A DNA stretch of 64,000 nucleotides from Bacteroidota bacterium. Its GTDB lineage: Bacteria > Bacteroidota > Ignavibacteria > SZUA-365. The translations under genes and the position numbers were made by a program. How positions within the stretch are numbered: position 1 is the stretch's first letter; each line of letters starts with the position of its first letter. The stretch spans positions 441-64,440 of the forward strand of contig JBATDG010000059.1 of the NCBI GenBank assembly GCA_049663345.1, written 5' to 3'. Positions 28,584 through 37,345 of the stretch are shown in pieces. The notes beneath the pieces were generated by a model. That model was given only the letters and a program-made list of their open reading frames with translations. It was not told the origin of the DNA and searched no databases.

Positions 28584-29420
28584 ATGAGCAAACCGTTCAG
28601 CATTCTCAATCGACACAGCGACTTGATTCGCGGAGATATTCACCTGCCCGCGGATTTCAATGGCGCTCCTGTCGTTATTATTTGCCACGGCTTCAAAGGA
28701 TTCAAGGATTGGGGCGGGTTTCCCCATGCCGCTGAATATTTCGCATCGAAGGGATTCGCAGCTATCCGCTTTAATTTTTCTCTGAACGGCGTCGAAGACG
28801 ATTTCATGGAATTCACTGCACTGGAGCGCTTCTCCCGCAATACCATCAGCCGGGAACTCGATGACCTCCGGGATTTGGTGGATGCGATCGCTGCAGGGGA
28901 TATCCTTCCGGAGGAATGCGACAAGACCCGGATCGCACTCGTCGGTCACTCGCTCGGCGGCGGTGTCGTCATCGTGCATGCGAGCGAGGATGACCGCATC
29001 GGTGCGGTCGCGAGCTGGGCTGGTGTTGCGGACTTTCGCCGCTGGGGAAAAAAAACCTGTGCGCTTTGGAGAAAGACGGGAAGGCTGGAAATTCAGAATG
29101 CCAGGACGGGGCAGATGATGCCCGTGGATGTCTCCATGCTCGAAGATATCGAGTCGAATACGGAACGCTTCAACATCCTTTCCGCCGCAGCTCGCATGAA
29201 GCAGCCGCTTCTGATTTTACATGGGGAACAGGATGTTTCCGTCGCCTTGGCGGAAGGGGAGAGCATTGCTGCAGCTGCAGGACCATCGCACAGTGCGCTT
29301 ACCTCGATCCCGAATACGGATCACACCTTCGGTGTGCGGCACCCGTTCGAAGGCGCCACACCTGAATTCACAACGGTGTTGGAGAAAACTGTGGAATCTT
29401 TTCGAAGCGCTTTTGATTAG
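28584..29420 (+). CDS. Alpha/beta hydrolase
   Basis: 278 aa with the nucleophile elbow VGHSLGGG, a late Asp (HGEQDVSV) and a late His (NTDHTF). Confidence 0.75.
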   Translation: MSKPFSILNRHSDLIRGDIHLPADFNGAPVVIICHGFKGFKDWGGFPHAAEYFASKGFAAIRFNFSLNGVEDDFMEFTALERFSRNTISRELDDLRDLVDAIAAGDILPEECDKTRIALVGHSLGGGVVIVHASEDDRIGAVASWAGVADFRRWGKKTCALWRKTGRLEIQNARTGQMMPVDVSMLEDIESNTERFNILSAAARMKQPLLILHGEQDVSVALAEGESIAAAAGPSHSALTSIPNTDHTFGVRHPFEGATPEFTTVLEKTVESFRSAFD

Positions 29421-30649
29421 TCCACGATGGTGAATTTTCGTACCTGCACCGAGCCATGCTGTTCAAGGTGGTAGAGGTACACGCCCTTCTGAAGGGAGGA
29501 GCTATCCCAGCTGATAGTGAATGTCCCGGCATCCATGCTGCTGGATACTACGCTCTTGCGTTCGCGTCCGAGAAGATCGTACACGCGCAGCTGCACATCG
29601 CCGCCGCGTGGCAGTGCGATGTTCACATTCGCCTGTGAGTTCCGACTGAGCGGATTCGGCCATGATTCCCCTATGCCTACCCGTTCGGGAGCTGCACCCG
29701 CAAGCCGTTTGACGGCCAGCGTTCCGCCGGAATTAGTGCGTATGATGGTTCCGTTCCAGCCAGCAGCCACTCCTACCTTGCTGTCGATGAATTCGAGAGC
29801 TTCGAGGTTTTCCTGAGTGTTGCTTTCCTGCGAATACCAGCTGAGGCCTGTGTCAGTAGACCAGAGGATCAGACCGCCATTTCCACAGAGAACCAGGTTC
29901 TCCTTAGTCAGGTGCCGAACACCTGTCAGACGAAATGAACTGATGGGCACAGACGCAGAAATCCTGGTCCATGAATCTCCCTTGTCGTCGCTGCGAATAA
30001 TGGTGCCATTGCTTCCCACCGCAACAGCGATGCTGTCGTCGCTGATGGACACGCTGGTCAATTCTAGCCCGGTGATTCCGCTGCGGTCGCGCCAGCGCTG
30101 TCCGCCGTTTGTAGTCGTATGAATCGTTCCTTTATTTCCGACAATGATGCCGATATTTCCGATAAACGCAATCTCATTGAGGTTATTCGTTCCGGAACCC
30201 TGATCCTCCCAGCTCGCACCGGCATCCGAGGTGGTCAGTACTTGTTCTGCCTGTCCGATGACCATCCAATTGTTGGTATCAAAAAAATGAATGTCCAGCA
30301 GCACTTTGGTGCTGCCGGTGTTCATGGGCTGCCACGAGGCGCCGCCGTCGACGGACTTCAGTGCGAGTCCCGCATTGCCCAAAATGACGCCAAGCGTCGG
30401 TGAATACCAGCGGATACGGCGAAGATTATCTGTCGCTCCGGAGGGTTTGCTCTGCCAATTGACACCTGCATCATTGCTTTGAAGTATCACTCCGTCGGAT
30501 CCAACCGCGGTAACATGGTCTCTGTCGTACATATCGATCGAGTAGAGAATGGTTTCGCCTTCCTGGCGCTGGTTGAACCAGCCAAGCTGGGCAGACAGAG
30601 AAGATGACAGAATGAGGACGGAGGAGATGAAGAGTATGAGAGTGCGCAT
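29417..30649 (-). CDS. Ycf48/BNR-repeat beta-propeller protein with a T9SS C-terminal sorting domain
   Basis: I place the start at MRTLILFISSVLILSSSLSAQ (signal peptide). Repeated S/T-x-D-x-G-x-x-W units are present (SNDAGVNWQS, SVDGGASWQP, TSDAGASWED, TTNGGQRWRD, SDDKGDSWTR, STDTGLSWYS). The C-terminus SWPNPLSRNSQANVNIALPRGGDVQLRVYDLLGRE...GVYLYHL is T9SS CTD-like. Confidence 0.75.
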   Translation of the reverse strand: MRTLILFISSVLILSSSLSAQLGWFNQRQEGETILYSIDMYDRDHVTAVGSDGVILQSNDAGVNWQSKPSGATDNLRRIRWYSPTLGVILGNAGLALKSVDGGASWQPMNTGSTKVLLDIHFFDTNNWMVIGQAEQVLTTSDAGASWEDQGSGTNNLNEIAFIGNIGIIVGNKGTIHTTTNGGQRWRDRSGITGLELTSVSISDDSIAVAVGSNGTIIRSDDKGDSWTRISASVPISSFRLTGVRHLTKENLVLCGNGGLILWSTDTGLSWYSQESNTQENLEALEFIDSKVGVAAGWNGTIIRTNSGGTLAVKRLAGAAPERVGIGESWPNPLSRNSQANVNIALPRGGDVQLRVYDLLGRERKSVVSSSMDAGTFTISWDSSSLQKGVYLYHLEQHGSVQVRKFTIVD

Positions 30650-30742
30650 AAAACCTCTATGGGCGAATTCAAGTGGCAACTGGAATAAAGCTAAAGACAT
30701 ATGCGATAAAGGACAAGTTACATTTCTGAAAGGGAAGCGGCG

Positions 30743-31003
30743 GCTGAGGGTTAATCTAACGCAGGAAGCTTGCTAAACCGAAGCTGATGGTGAGTCACAC
30801 ACAGGAGGCTTGCCAAACCGAGCTGAGGGTTAGCCTCACGCAGGAGGCTTGCTAAGCCGAAGCTGATGGTGAGTCACACGCAGGAGGCTGCCAAGCAGAG
30901 CTGAGGGTTAGCCTCACGCAGGAAGCTTGCTAAACCGAAGCTGATGGTGAGTCACACACAGGAGGCTTGCCAAACCGAGCTGAGGGTTAGCCTTGCACAG
31001 CTG
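30743..31003. repeat. Intergenic tandem repeat, about 6.5 copies of a ~40-nt unit arranged as ~3.3 copies of a ~79-nt A+B dimer
   Basis: Unit A is gctgagggttagcctcacgcaggaRgcttgctaaRccgaa, starting at 30743, 30822 and 30900, with a partial copy at 30979. Unit B is gctgatggtgagtcacacRcaggaggcttgccaaaccga, starting at 30783, 30862 and 30940. Copies are near-identical. Stop codons interrupt the frames. Confidence 0.9.
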
Positions 31004-31023
31004 TCTGGAAATGCGAGCATCGC

Positions 31024-31060
31024 GATTCGGGACAAAAAAATCGGACATCCAGTGAATACT
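31024..31060 (-). terminator. Rho-independent terminator downstream of sucC
   Basis: An 8-bp stem tcggacat / atgtccga (31031-31038 and 31053-31060) encloses a 14-nt loop. On the minus strand it is followed by a run of 7 T (31024-31030), about 30 nt after the sucC stop. Confidence 0.7.
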
Positions 31061-31089
31061 GAATGTCCGAAACAAATGTCGACAGAGAA

Positions 31090-32292
31090 TTACGCGGCCA
31101 TGGCCTCAGTGACTTTTTTCGCAGCTTCCTGGAAATCGTGTGCGACCAGGAAGTTGATGCCGCTCTTCTCGAGAATCTCGGCAGCTTCTTCAGCATTCGT
31201 TCCTGCGAGCCGTACGACGATCGGCACCTTGATATTGATTTTGCGAGCTGCCTGAACCACACCGTTGGCAATGCGGTCGCAGCGGACGATGCCGCCAAAA
31301 ATGTTGATCAGGATCGCCTTGACATTCGGGTCGCTGAGGATGATGCGGAAACCCTGTTCCGTCGTTTCGGCACTGGCACCACCACCCACATCGAGGAAGT
31401 TTGCCGGTTCGCCGCCAGCAAGTTTGATGATATCCATCGTCGCCATCGCGAGTCCGGCGCCGTTGACCATGCATCCGACATTTCCATCGAGCTTGATGTA
31501 GTTCAGATTGAATTTCGATGCCTTCACTTCGAGGGGATCCTCTTCGGAAGTATCGCGGAGCGCAATGAAATCGGGATGACGGAACAGTCCGTTGTCGTCC
31601 AGAGTGACCTTGGCATCCAGTGCGAGCATCTCGCCTTCCTTCGTAAGCACGAGAGGATTGATTTCAAACATGCTGGAGTCTACTGCTTCGTAGGCATGCG
31701 CAAGAACCATGAGGAACTTCACACAATTTTTGAAGGCCACACCGGTCAGGCCAAGACCGAATGCAAGTTCGCGAGCCTGAAATGGCTGGAAGCCGATCGT
31801 GGGATCGATGGTAACCTTGAGAATCTTTTCCGGCGTTTCGGCAGCGACCTTCTCGATTTCCATTCCGCCTTCCGTAGACACCATCATCACATTGCGGGAC
31901 TGCGCGCGGTCCAGCAGCATGCCTGCATAGAATTCCTTGTCGATGTTGACGCCCTGCTCGATAAGCACGCGGTTGACAATCTTGCCCTCATCACCGGTCT
32001 GGATTGTGACGAGAAGATTCTTGAGCATAAGCTTGGTGTACTTCTCGACTTCCTTGAGAGACTTGGCAACTTTGACTCCGCCATCAAGGACGAGCTTGCG
32101 CGTTGCAGGATCAAGAATCTGTCCTTTGCCGCGTCCGCCTGCATGAATCTGTGATTTCACGACCCATACCTTGCCACCGAGTTTCTCTGCAATCTTGATA
32201 GCCTGCTCGGGGGATGTCGCCACGCCGCCTTGCGGTGTTGGAACATTGAATTTTCGCAGGATCGCCTTTCCCTGGAATTCATGAATTTTCAT
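31090..32292 (-). CDS. sucC: ADP-forming succinate-CoA ligase subunit beta
   Basis: 400 aa. [31 protein letters not shown]... and the remainder match the highly conserved SucC ATP-grasp and CoA-ligase domains ([16 protein letters not shown]). Confidence 0.95.
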   Translation of the reverse strand: MKIHEFQGKAILRKFNVPTPQGGVATSPEQAIKIAEKLGGKVWVVKSQIHAGGRGKGQILDPATRKLVLDGGVKVAKSLKEVEKYTKLMLKNLLVTIQTGDEGKIVNRVLIEQGVNIDKEFYAGMLLDRAQSRNVMMVSTEGGMEIEKVAAETPEKILKVTIDPTIGFQPFQARELAFGLGLTGVAFKNCVKFLMVLAHAYEAVDSSMFEINPLVLTKEGEMLALDAKVTLDDNGLFRHPDFIALRDTSEEDPLEVKASKFNLNYIKLDGNVGCMVNGAGLAMATMDIIKLAGGEPANFLDVGGGASAETTEQGFRIILSDPNVKAILINIFGGIVRCDRIANGVVQAARKINIKVPIVVRLAGTNAEEAAEILEKSGINFLVAHDFQEAAKKVTEAMAA

Positions 32293-32416
32293 GCGTGATT
32301 CCTTGTGCTGATTATTTTATTTCGAACAAATGTCATGTATCGAAAAATATGGATCTCTCAAAATCGTGATAATCGAGCAAAACAGCAACTCGAAGAAATT
32401 CACGAACGCCGGAGCT

Positions 32417-33595
32417 CTACTGCTTTACTGTTCTATGCCACAAGCGGAGAAAATTGCCGCCCAGAATGCCGCGGATCTGTGCCTCGGAATATCCTTTTTG
32501 GAGGAGGATCCGCGTGATCATCGGAAGGTCCGTGACGTCATTGAGTCCAATGGGTGTGAGGTTGATGCCGTCGAAATCGGATCCGAGTCCGACATGCTCT
32601 GAACCCGCGATTTTAACCGCATGATCTATATGTGCGATGACGTCGTAGATGGTGCAGAGGTTTTCCTTTTTCGCCGTGGCCACGAGCTTATCATATTCCT
32701 TCAAATATGCTGGCCCGCGTTTCGCATGTTTTTGCTTCAGCGCGGCGGCCCGTTTCTCATACACGCGCTGACGTTCGATGAACTTGCCATTCATATTGGA
32801 AACGATAAAGCCCGGGAAATAATTAATCATCACCACGCCGTTGCTTTTGGCGACAGCACGAAGCTGATCGTCTGTGAGATTGCGATTGTGATCGCGAAGT
32901 ACCTTGCAGGATGAATGCGACGCATACAGCGGATGCACTGAGATCGCAGCGACATCCCAGAAGGAGCGTTCACCCAGATGCGATAGGTCGATGATCACTC
33001 CGAGAGAATCCAGCAGACGCACAAAGGATTTTCCTTTATCCGAAAGCCCGCCTTTGACCTTGCCTTCGCTTTCGTCCTTCGAGCATGTTGCCCAGTCAGA
33101 ACTGAAATTCCAGGTGAGTCCAAAGCAGCGCATTCCGCGCTGGTACAGCTCCAGAATGCGGTCGCGTTTACCATCGATGCAACGCCCACCCTCAAGAGCT
33201 ACGACTGCTGCCAGCTTCCCGTGAGAGACCGCTGTTTCGATATCTTCGGCACGCAAGGCCAGCAGCATAGATGCTGGATTACGTGCGGCAATTGCCTTGA
33301 GCGAATCGATTTCATCGAGTGCGAATCGCCAGGCATCGTCGCCGGTTTTATTGGAAGGAACCCAAATTGAGAAGAGTTGTATATCCATGCCGCCTTCGCG
33401 GAAGCGGGGAAGGTCGGAATGTCCTTTCTCCGCCCGGGATTCCATTTCTCCTCCTGACATCACACGGTAGAGAATATCGTTATGTCCATCGGCTACGACG
33501 GCGGATTGATGCAGTGCAAGATACTGTTGGGAATAAAGGGGAGAGATTGCAGAAATGATCAGCAATGCTGTGAGGAATCGAAGCATGAGCAGCAT
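32417..33595 (-). CDS. Membrane dipeptidase (peptidase family M19)
   Basis: 392 aa with a signal peptide, the N-terminal metal-binding DGHNDIL, IIDLSHL, and a C-terminal GLGSDFDG block typical of renal-dipeptidase-family enzymes. Confidence 0.85.
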   Translation of the reverse strand: MLLMLRFLTALLIISAISPLYSQQYLALHQSAVVADGHNDILYRVMSGGEMESRAEKGHSDLPRFREGGMDIQLFSIWVPSNKTGDDAWRFALDEIDSLKAIAARNPASMLLALRAEDIETAVSHGKLAAVVALEGGRCIDGKRDRILELYQRGMRCFGLTWNFSSDWATCSKDESEGKVKGGLSDKGKSFVRLLDSLGVIIDLSHLGERSFWDVAAISVHPLYASHSSCKVLRDHNRNLTDDQLRAVAKSNGVVMINYFPGFIVSNMNGKFIERQRVYEKRAAALKQKHAKRGPAYLKEYDKLVATAKKENLCTIYDVIAHIDHAVKIAGSEHVGLGSDFDGINLTPIGLNDVTDLPMITRILLQKGYSEAQIRGILGGNFLRLWHRTVKQ

Positions 33596-33617
33596 CTATG
33601 TTAATTTGAGAATAATG

Positions 33618-34301
33618 TCAGAAGGGGAATTTAAGGGAGTACCACTTGCGGGTTACGTCGAGCCACATCACAAGCCCTTTCCATTCTTCGAAGCGGGCGT
33701 AATAGCGCTCGATTTCGGAATCGTCCACGGTTGTTCCGCCGTTGTGAAGTTCCGCATACCTGGAGCGGCACCAGGAATCGAGACCGAGGTATTCAAATCG
33801 TCCGAGCAGCTTGAGCAGATTGCTGGCGGCGTATTCGCCAACGCCCTTAATGCCGCGCAAGGCCCGATGGAGATCCTGAGCCGAACCTTTTGCGTTTCGG
33901 AAGGATTCGACATCCAGGGTACCGGATGCGACCCGGCGGGCGAATTCAAGCACGTAGGGAGCACGGTAGCCGAGACGGACTTCCTGACGAAGAAACTTCT
34001 CGCTGCTGTCAGCGATTGCTGCCGGCTCCGGAAAACACCGCGTGCCGTCGATGGAGACAGCGCCTAAATGTTCAGTGAGCCGCTCATTCATTGTTTCAGT
34101 GAGCGACCACGAACAATTCGTCGTGAGGATCATCTTGAGAATGTCTTCGAAAAAAGTAGGGGCTCGGAGCATTCTTCCCGTGCGTTTTTCTGCGATCCAT
34201 GAGAATTCCTTTTCGTCCTTTACTCTCTGGTAGAAAGGACGCAGATCGAGATCCAGATTCAGAAAGAGCACACCATCCATGAGAATAGACGGTGTGCTCA
34301 A
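33618..34301 (-). CDS. HhH-GPD superfamily base-excision glycosylase (AlkA-like)
   Basis: 227 aa with the helix-hairpin-helix LRGIKGVGEYAASNLLKLLG followed by a conserved Asp (LGLDSW). Confidence 0.7.
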   Translation of the reverse strand: MSTPSILMDGVLFLNLDLDLRPFYQRVKDEKEFSWIAEKRTGRMLRAPTFFEDILKMILTTNCSWSLTETMNERLTEHLGAVSIDGTRCFPEPAAIADSSEKFLRQEVRLGYRAPYVLEFARRVASGTLDVESFRNAKGSAQDLHRALRGIKGVGEYAASNLLKLLGRFEYLGLDSWCRSRYAELHNGGTTVDDSEIERYYARFEEWKGLVMWLDVTRKWYSLKFPF

Positions 34302-34355
34302 AATGAAAGACCGCAGGAAAGCGGAGCTGAATCGCCGTAAGCATCAGGCGGCCGC

Positions 34356-34538
34356 TTACTCTCCGTCAGTTTTCTTTATCGACTGCACTTCCATGCGCAC
34401 GTCCTGAGCGAACTTCTTCAGTTCATTCATGTGCTTGCGCAGACGAGTGCCTGCCGACTTGTTGTTCTTGACATAGAACTTCTCGAAATCCGGTTCGAAT
34501 GATTTCACCAGATCAAGCAATTCCTGGTATTTGGTCAT
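34356..34538 (-). CDS. Histone H1-like (Hc1-type) nucleoid protein
   Basis: 60 aa and Lys-rich. KSAGTRLRKHMNELKKFAQDVR matches the short bacterial histone-H1-like family seen in Bacteroidota and Chlamydiae. A strong SD, gaaggagg, lies upstream. Confidence 0.7.
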   Translation of the reverse strand: MTKYQELLDLVKSFEPDFEKFYVKNNKSAGTRLRKHMNELKKFAQDVRMEVQSIKKTDGE

Positions 34539-34664
34539 GAGGCCTCCTTCTATGACTGATCAATATCGTGTGTGCGGGTAACTCCCGTAATATACGACTT
34601 CAAACAAAGAAGCAAAACGAAGAGACAGCTTCTGAGACGATTTTTTGTACATTTGTTTGAAGAA

Positions 34665-34839
34665 GGCACAGAGGCACATAGGCACAGAGGCACATAGGCG
34701 CAACAGCGTGAATGGACCGCGGAGCGCCAGCTCCGCGCAGCACAGGACCGCGCAGCACAGGACCGCGCAGCACCCGTCTCCGTCCCGCAAGCGGGACTAC
34801 GCCGCGGCGAGCACAGGACCGCGGAGCGCCAGCTCCGCG
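34665..34839. repeat. Composite GC-rich repeat / hairpin cluster in the hc1 - aldolase intergenic region
   Basis: ggcacagaggcacata occurs twice in tandem (34665-34696). The 24-nt ggaccgcggagcgccagctccgcg occurs twice (34714-34737 and 34816-34839), each containing an 8-bp stem cgcggagc/gctccgcg. There are at least 3 copies of cagcacaggaccgcg and a palindrome gtcccgcaagcgggac (34782-34797). Confidence 0.85.
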
Positions 34840-34870
34840 TCTTCGGAAATATTGAAGCAAAGGCATAGAC

Positions 34871-35527
34871 ATGAAATTCAAGATCGAACGTGAACAGGTG
34901 GTACAATATCTTAGGCGGATTAGCGCAGCGCGGCTGACTACCGGCGCTGGCGGGAATATCAGTCTGCGTATTCCGGGAACGGAATATTTCTGCATGAGTC
35001 CCACCGGGATCAGCTACGATTACATGTGCGCGAAAGATGTGGTAGTGATGGATATGCAGGGACTGATCATCGCCGGAAAACGGACACCATCGTCCGAATG
35101 GCGCATGCATGCGGCGGCATACGCGGTGCGCAGCGATGTCCGCGCGGTAGTGCACACGCATTCCGTGTATGCGACAACATTCGCCTGCCTGCGCGAAGAA
35201 ATTCCCGCTATACACTATTTGATCGGCTTCGCGGGAAATCGCGTTCCGGTCACACCGTATTTCACCTACGGCAGCGATGAACTTGCACGCGCAGCCGCCG
35301 ATACGCTCGGGACGGAATTCAACGCTGTACTTCTCGCCACACACGGACTTCTCGCCGTTGGATCCTCACTCTCAGCCGCTTTCAACGTAGCGGAGGAAAT
35401 TGAGTTCGTGGCGCAGATCGCCTGGCAGGCGCGCGCCATCGGCAGCCCTGTACTGCTGCCGGAGGATGAAATGGAAAGAATCATCGAGAAATTCCGGAGC
35501 TACGGCAAACAGGAAAGCGGGCGCTGA
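34871..35527 (+). CDS. Class II aldolase/adducin-family protein (fuculose-phosphate-aldolase-like)
   Basis: 218 aa with SEWRMHAAAY and VVHTHSVYATTFA metal-ligand motifs. Confidence 0.85.
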   Translation: MKFKIEREQVVQYLRRISAARLTTGAGGNISLRIPGTEYFCMSPTGISYDYMCAKDVVVMDMQGLIIAGKRTPSSEWRMHAAAYAVRSDVRAVVHTHSVYATTFACLREEIPAIHYLIGFAGNRVPVTPYFTYGSDELARAAADTLGTEFNAVLLATHGLLAVGSSLSAAFNVAEEIEFVAQIAWQARAIGSPVLLPEDEMERIIEKFRSYGKQESGR

Positions 35528-35533
35528 GCGGCT

Positions 35534-37219
35534 ATGTATTTACCGATGAGCAAGTCCGAAATGCGCTCCCTGGGCTGGGAAGCGCTTGACGTGATTCTCG
35601 TCAGCGGCGATGCATATATCGATGCACCGCAAATCGGTGTCGCCGTAATCGGACACGTACTCGTTTCCGCTGGGTTCCGCGTGGGCATAATCGCGCAGCC
35701 GGACCTGCACTCCGACAGCGATATAACGCGTTTGGGCGAGCCGCTTCTTTTCTGGGGAATCTCCGCAGGGAGTGTCGATTCCATGGTCGCCAACTACACT
35801 GCGCTGAAGAAAAAACGCCGAACCGATGACTATACTCCCGGTGGTGAGAATACCCGCAGGCCCGACAGGGCCAGCATCGTGTACAGCACGCTTATCCGGC
35901 AGTATTTCAAGAACACGGCACCGATCGTGCTGGGGGGACTCGAAGCGAGTCTTCGGCGTATCGCGCATTATGATTACTGGGGCGATACCGTCAGGCGATC
36001 CATGCTCTTCGATGCGAAAGCCAATCTTCTGATCTATGGCATGGCCGAACGAACCGTGCGGATTCTTGCCGAAAGGCTGCGTGACGGAGCTGAGATCAGC
36101 GGCATCCCGGGCACCTGTGAGATTGGACGCGATGTGCCTGAGGACTATCTGCTGCTGCCATCGTTCGAGGAGGCGCGTGACGACACGGAGGCGTTTACAC
36201 GCATGTATCGCAGCTTCTATGACAATACTGACCCTGTAACCGCCCGGGGACTCGCACAAAAGCACGGAGACCGCTGGCTGCTGCAGCATCCTCCGCCGGT
36301 CTACGAAAGCCAGAATGAACTCGATGCGATCGCGGCGCTGCCGTTTGAACGCGATGCCCATCCATCCTACAAAAAGGAGGGGAAGCTCATCGCGCTCGAC
36401 ACGATTCGCTTTTCGCTGCAGACCCATCGCGGCTGCTACGGCGAGTGCAATTTCTGCGCGATTGCGGTGCATGAAGGTCGGAGGGTTCGCTGGCGTAGTG
36501 AGAAGTCCATTCTCGATGAGGCCGCCGGGCTGACGCAGCACCCGCGCTTCAAAGGAATCATTCCTGATGTGGGTGGCCCGACCGCGAACATGTATGGCTT
36601 CGAGTGCACAAAGAAAATCGAGAAAGGGGCGTGTACGGAAAAACGCTGCGTGTATCCGCAGCTTTGCAAGCAAATGCCGGTGGATCATTCGCGATACACT
36701 CGTCTGCTTCAAAAACTCCGCCGCATCGAGGGTGTGCGCAAGGTGTTCGTCGCCAGCGGCATTCGCTACGACATGGTGATGGACGACAAGCGATGCGGAA
36801 TGGAATTCATGGAAGAACTCGTGCAGCACCATGTATCTGGGCAACTCAAGCTCGCTCCTGAACACAGTGATCCAGGCATCCTGCATCTGATGGGGAAGGG
36901 CGGCACGGAAGATCTGCTGGATTTCCGCGAAAGGTTTTTCACGCTTTCGCGCAAGGCCGGGAAGAAGCAGTTTCTCACCTATTATTTCATCGCGGCATAT
37001 CCGGGTTCCGAGGAAAAGGATATGCGGAATCTGCAGAGATTTGCAGCAAATGAGCTGCAGATCGCACCCGAACAAGTGCAGGTGTTCACACCCACGCCCG
37101 GCACCTGGGCCAGCGTGATGTATCATACAGGGATGGATCCGTTTACCGGGGAAAAACTGTTTGTCGAGCGCGGGCTGCAGGGTAAGCGCCGGCAGAAGGA
37201 CCTGCTGACAGGGAGTTAA
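35534..37219 (+). CDS. ygiQ: YgiQ-family radical SAM protein
   Basis: 561 aa. The characteristic YgiQ N-terminus is MYLPMSKSEMRSLGWEALDVILVSGDAYIDAPQ, and the CX3CX2C cluster is RGCYGECNFCAI. Confidence 0.9.
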   Translation: MYLPMSKSEMRSLGWEALDVILVSGDAYIDAPQIGVAVIGHVLVSAGFRVGIIAQPDLHSDSDITRLGEPLLFWGISAGSVDSMVANYTALKKKRRTDDYTPGGENTRRPDRASIVYSTLIRQYFKNTAPIVLGGLEASLRRIAHYDYWGDTVRRSMLFDAKANLLIYGMAERTVRILAERLRDGAEISGIPGTCEIGRDVPEDYLLLPSFEEARDDTEAFTRMYRSFYDNTDPVTARGLAQKHGDRWLLQHPPPVYESQNELDAIAALPFERDAHPSYKKEGKLIALDTIRFSLQTHRGCYGECNFCAIAVHEGRRVRWRSEKSILDEAAGLTQHPRFKGIIPDVGGPTANMYGFECTKKIEKGACTEKRCVYPQLCKQMPVDHSRYTRLLQKLRRIEGVRKVFVASGIRYDMVMDDKRCGMEFMEELVQHHVSGQLKLAPEHSDPGILHLMGKGGTEDLLDFRERFFTLSRKAGKKQFLTYYFIAAYPGSEEKDMRNLQRFAANELQIAPEQVQVFTPTPGTWASVMYHTGMDPFTGEKLFVERGLQGKRRQKDLLTGS

Positions 37220-37345
37220 AAATATTTTCACGATCCCTGAATCCTTCCGTCTGCTCCATGCATCAAATATCATAGAATTATAGGACTGTTCTGTCTGAAA
37301 ACAATTCGGTCCGAAATCATGATAACCTGCATCCATGGAGCAGCA

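Noticed and set aside
30743-31003. Possible CRISPR array.
   Set aside because: The whole stretch is repeat (alternating A/B variants of one unit) with no unique spacers. No cas genes are in the window. I report it as a tandem repeat instead.
31063-32154. A 363-aa plus-strand ORF opposite sucC. Similar antisense ORFs occur at 37379-38488, 25241-26107, 5124-5927, 6255-6989, 16630-17394, 27478-28221, 58237-59022 and 12227-13060.
   Set aside because: Each is the mirror of a gene with strong family motifs on the other strand. None has a recognisable domain or ribosome-binding site. I treat them as shadow ORFs.
34550-35344. ORFs of 264 aa and 76-134 aa reading through the GC-rich repeat cluster (products such as CCAVLCCAVLCCAE and repeated AARSCAARS).
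   Set aside because: The repetitive peptide simply reflects the DNA repeats. These ORFs overlap the aldolase gene antisense and have no start context. The region is better explained as non-coding.
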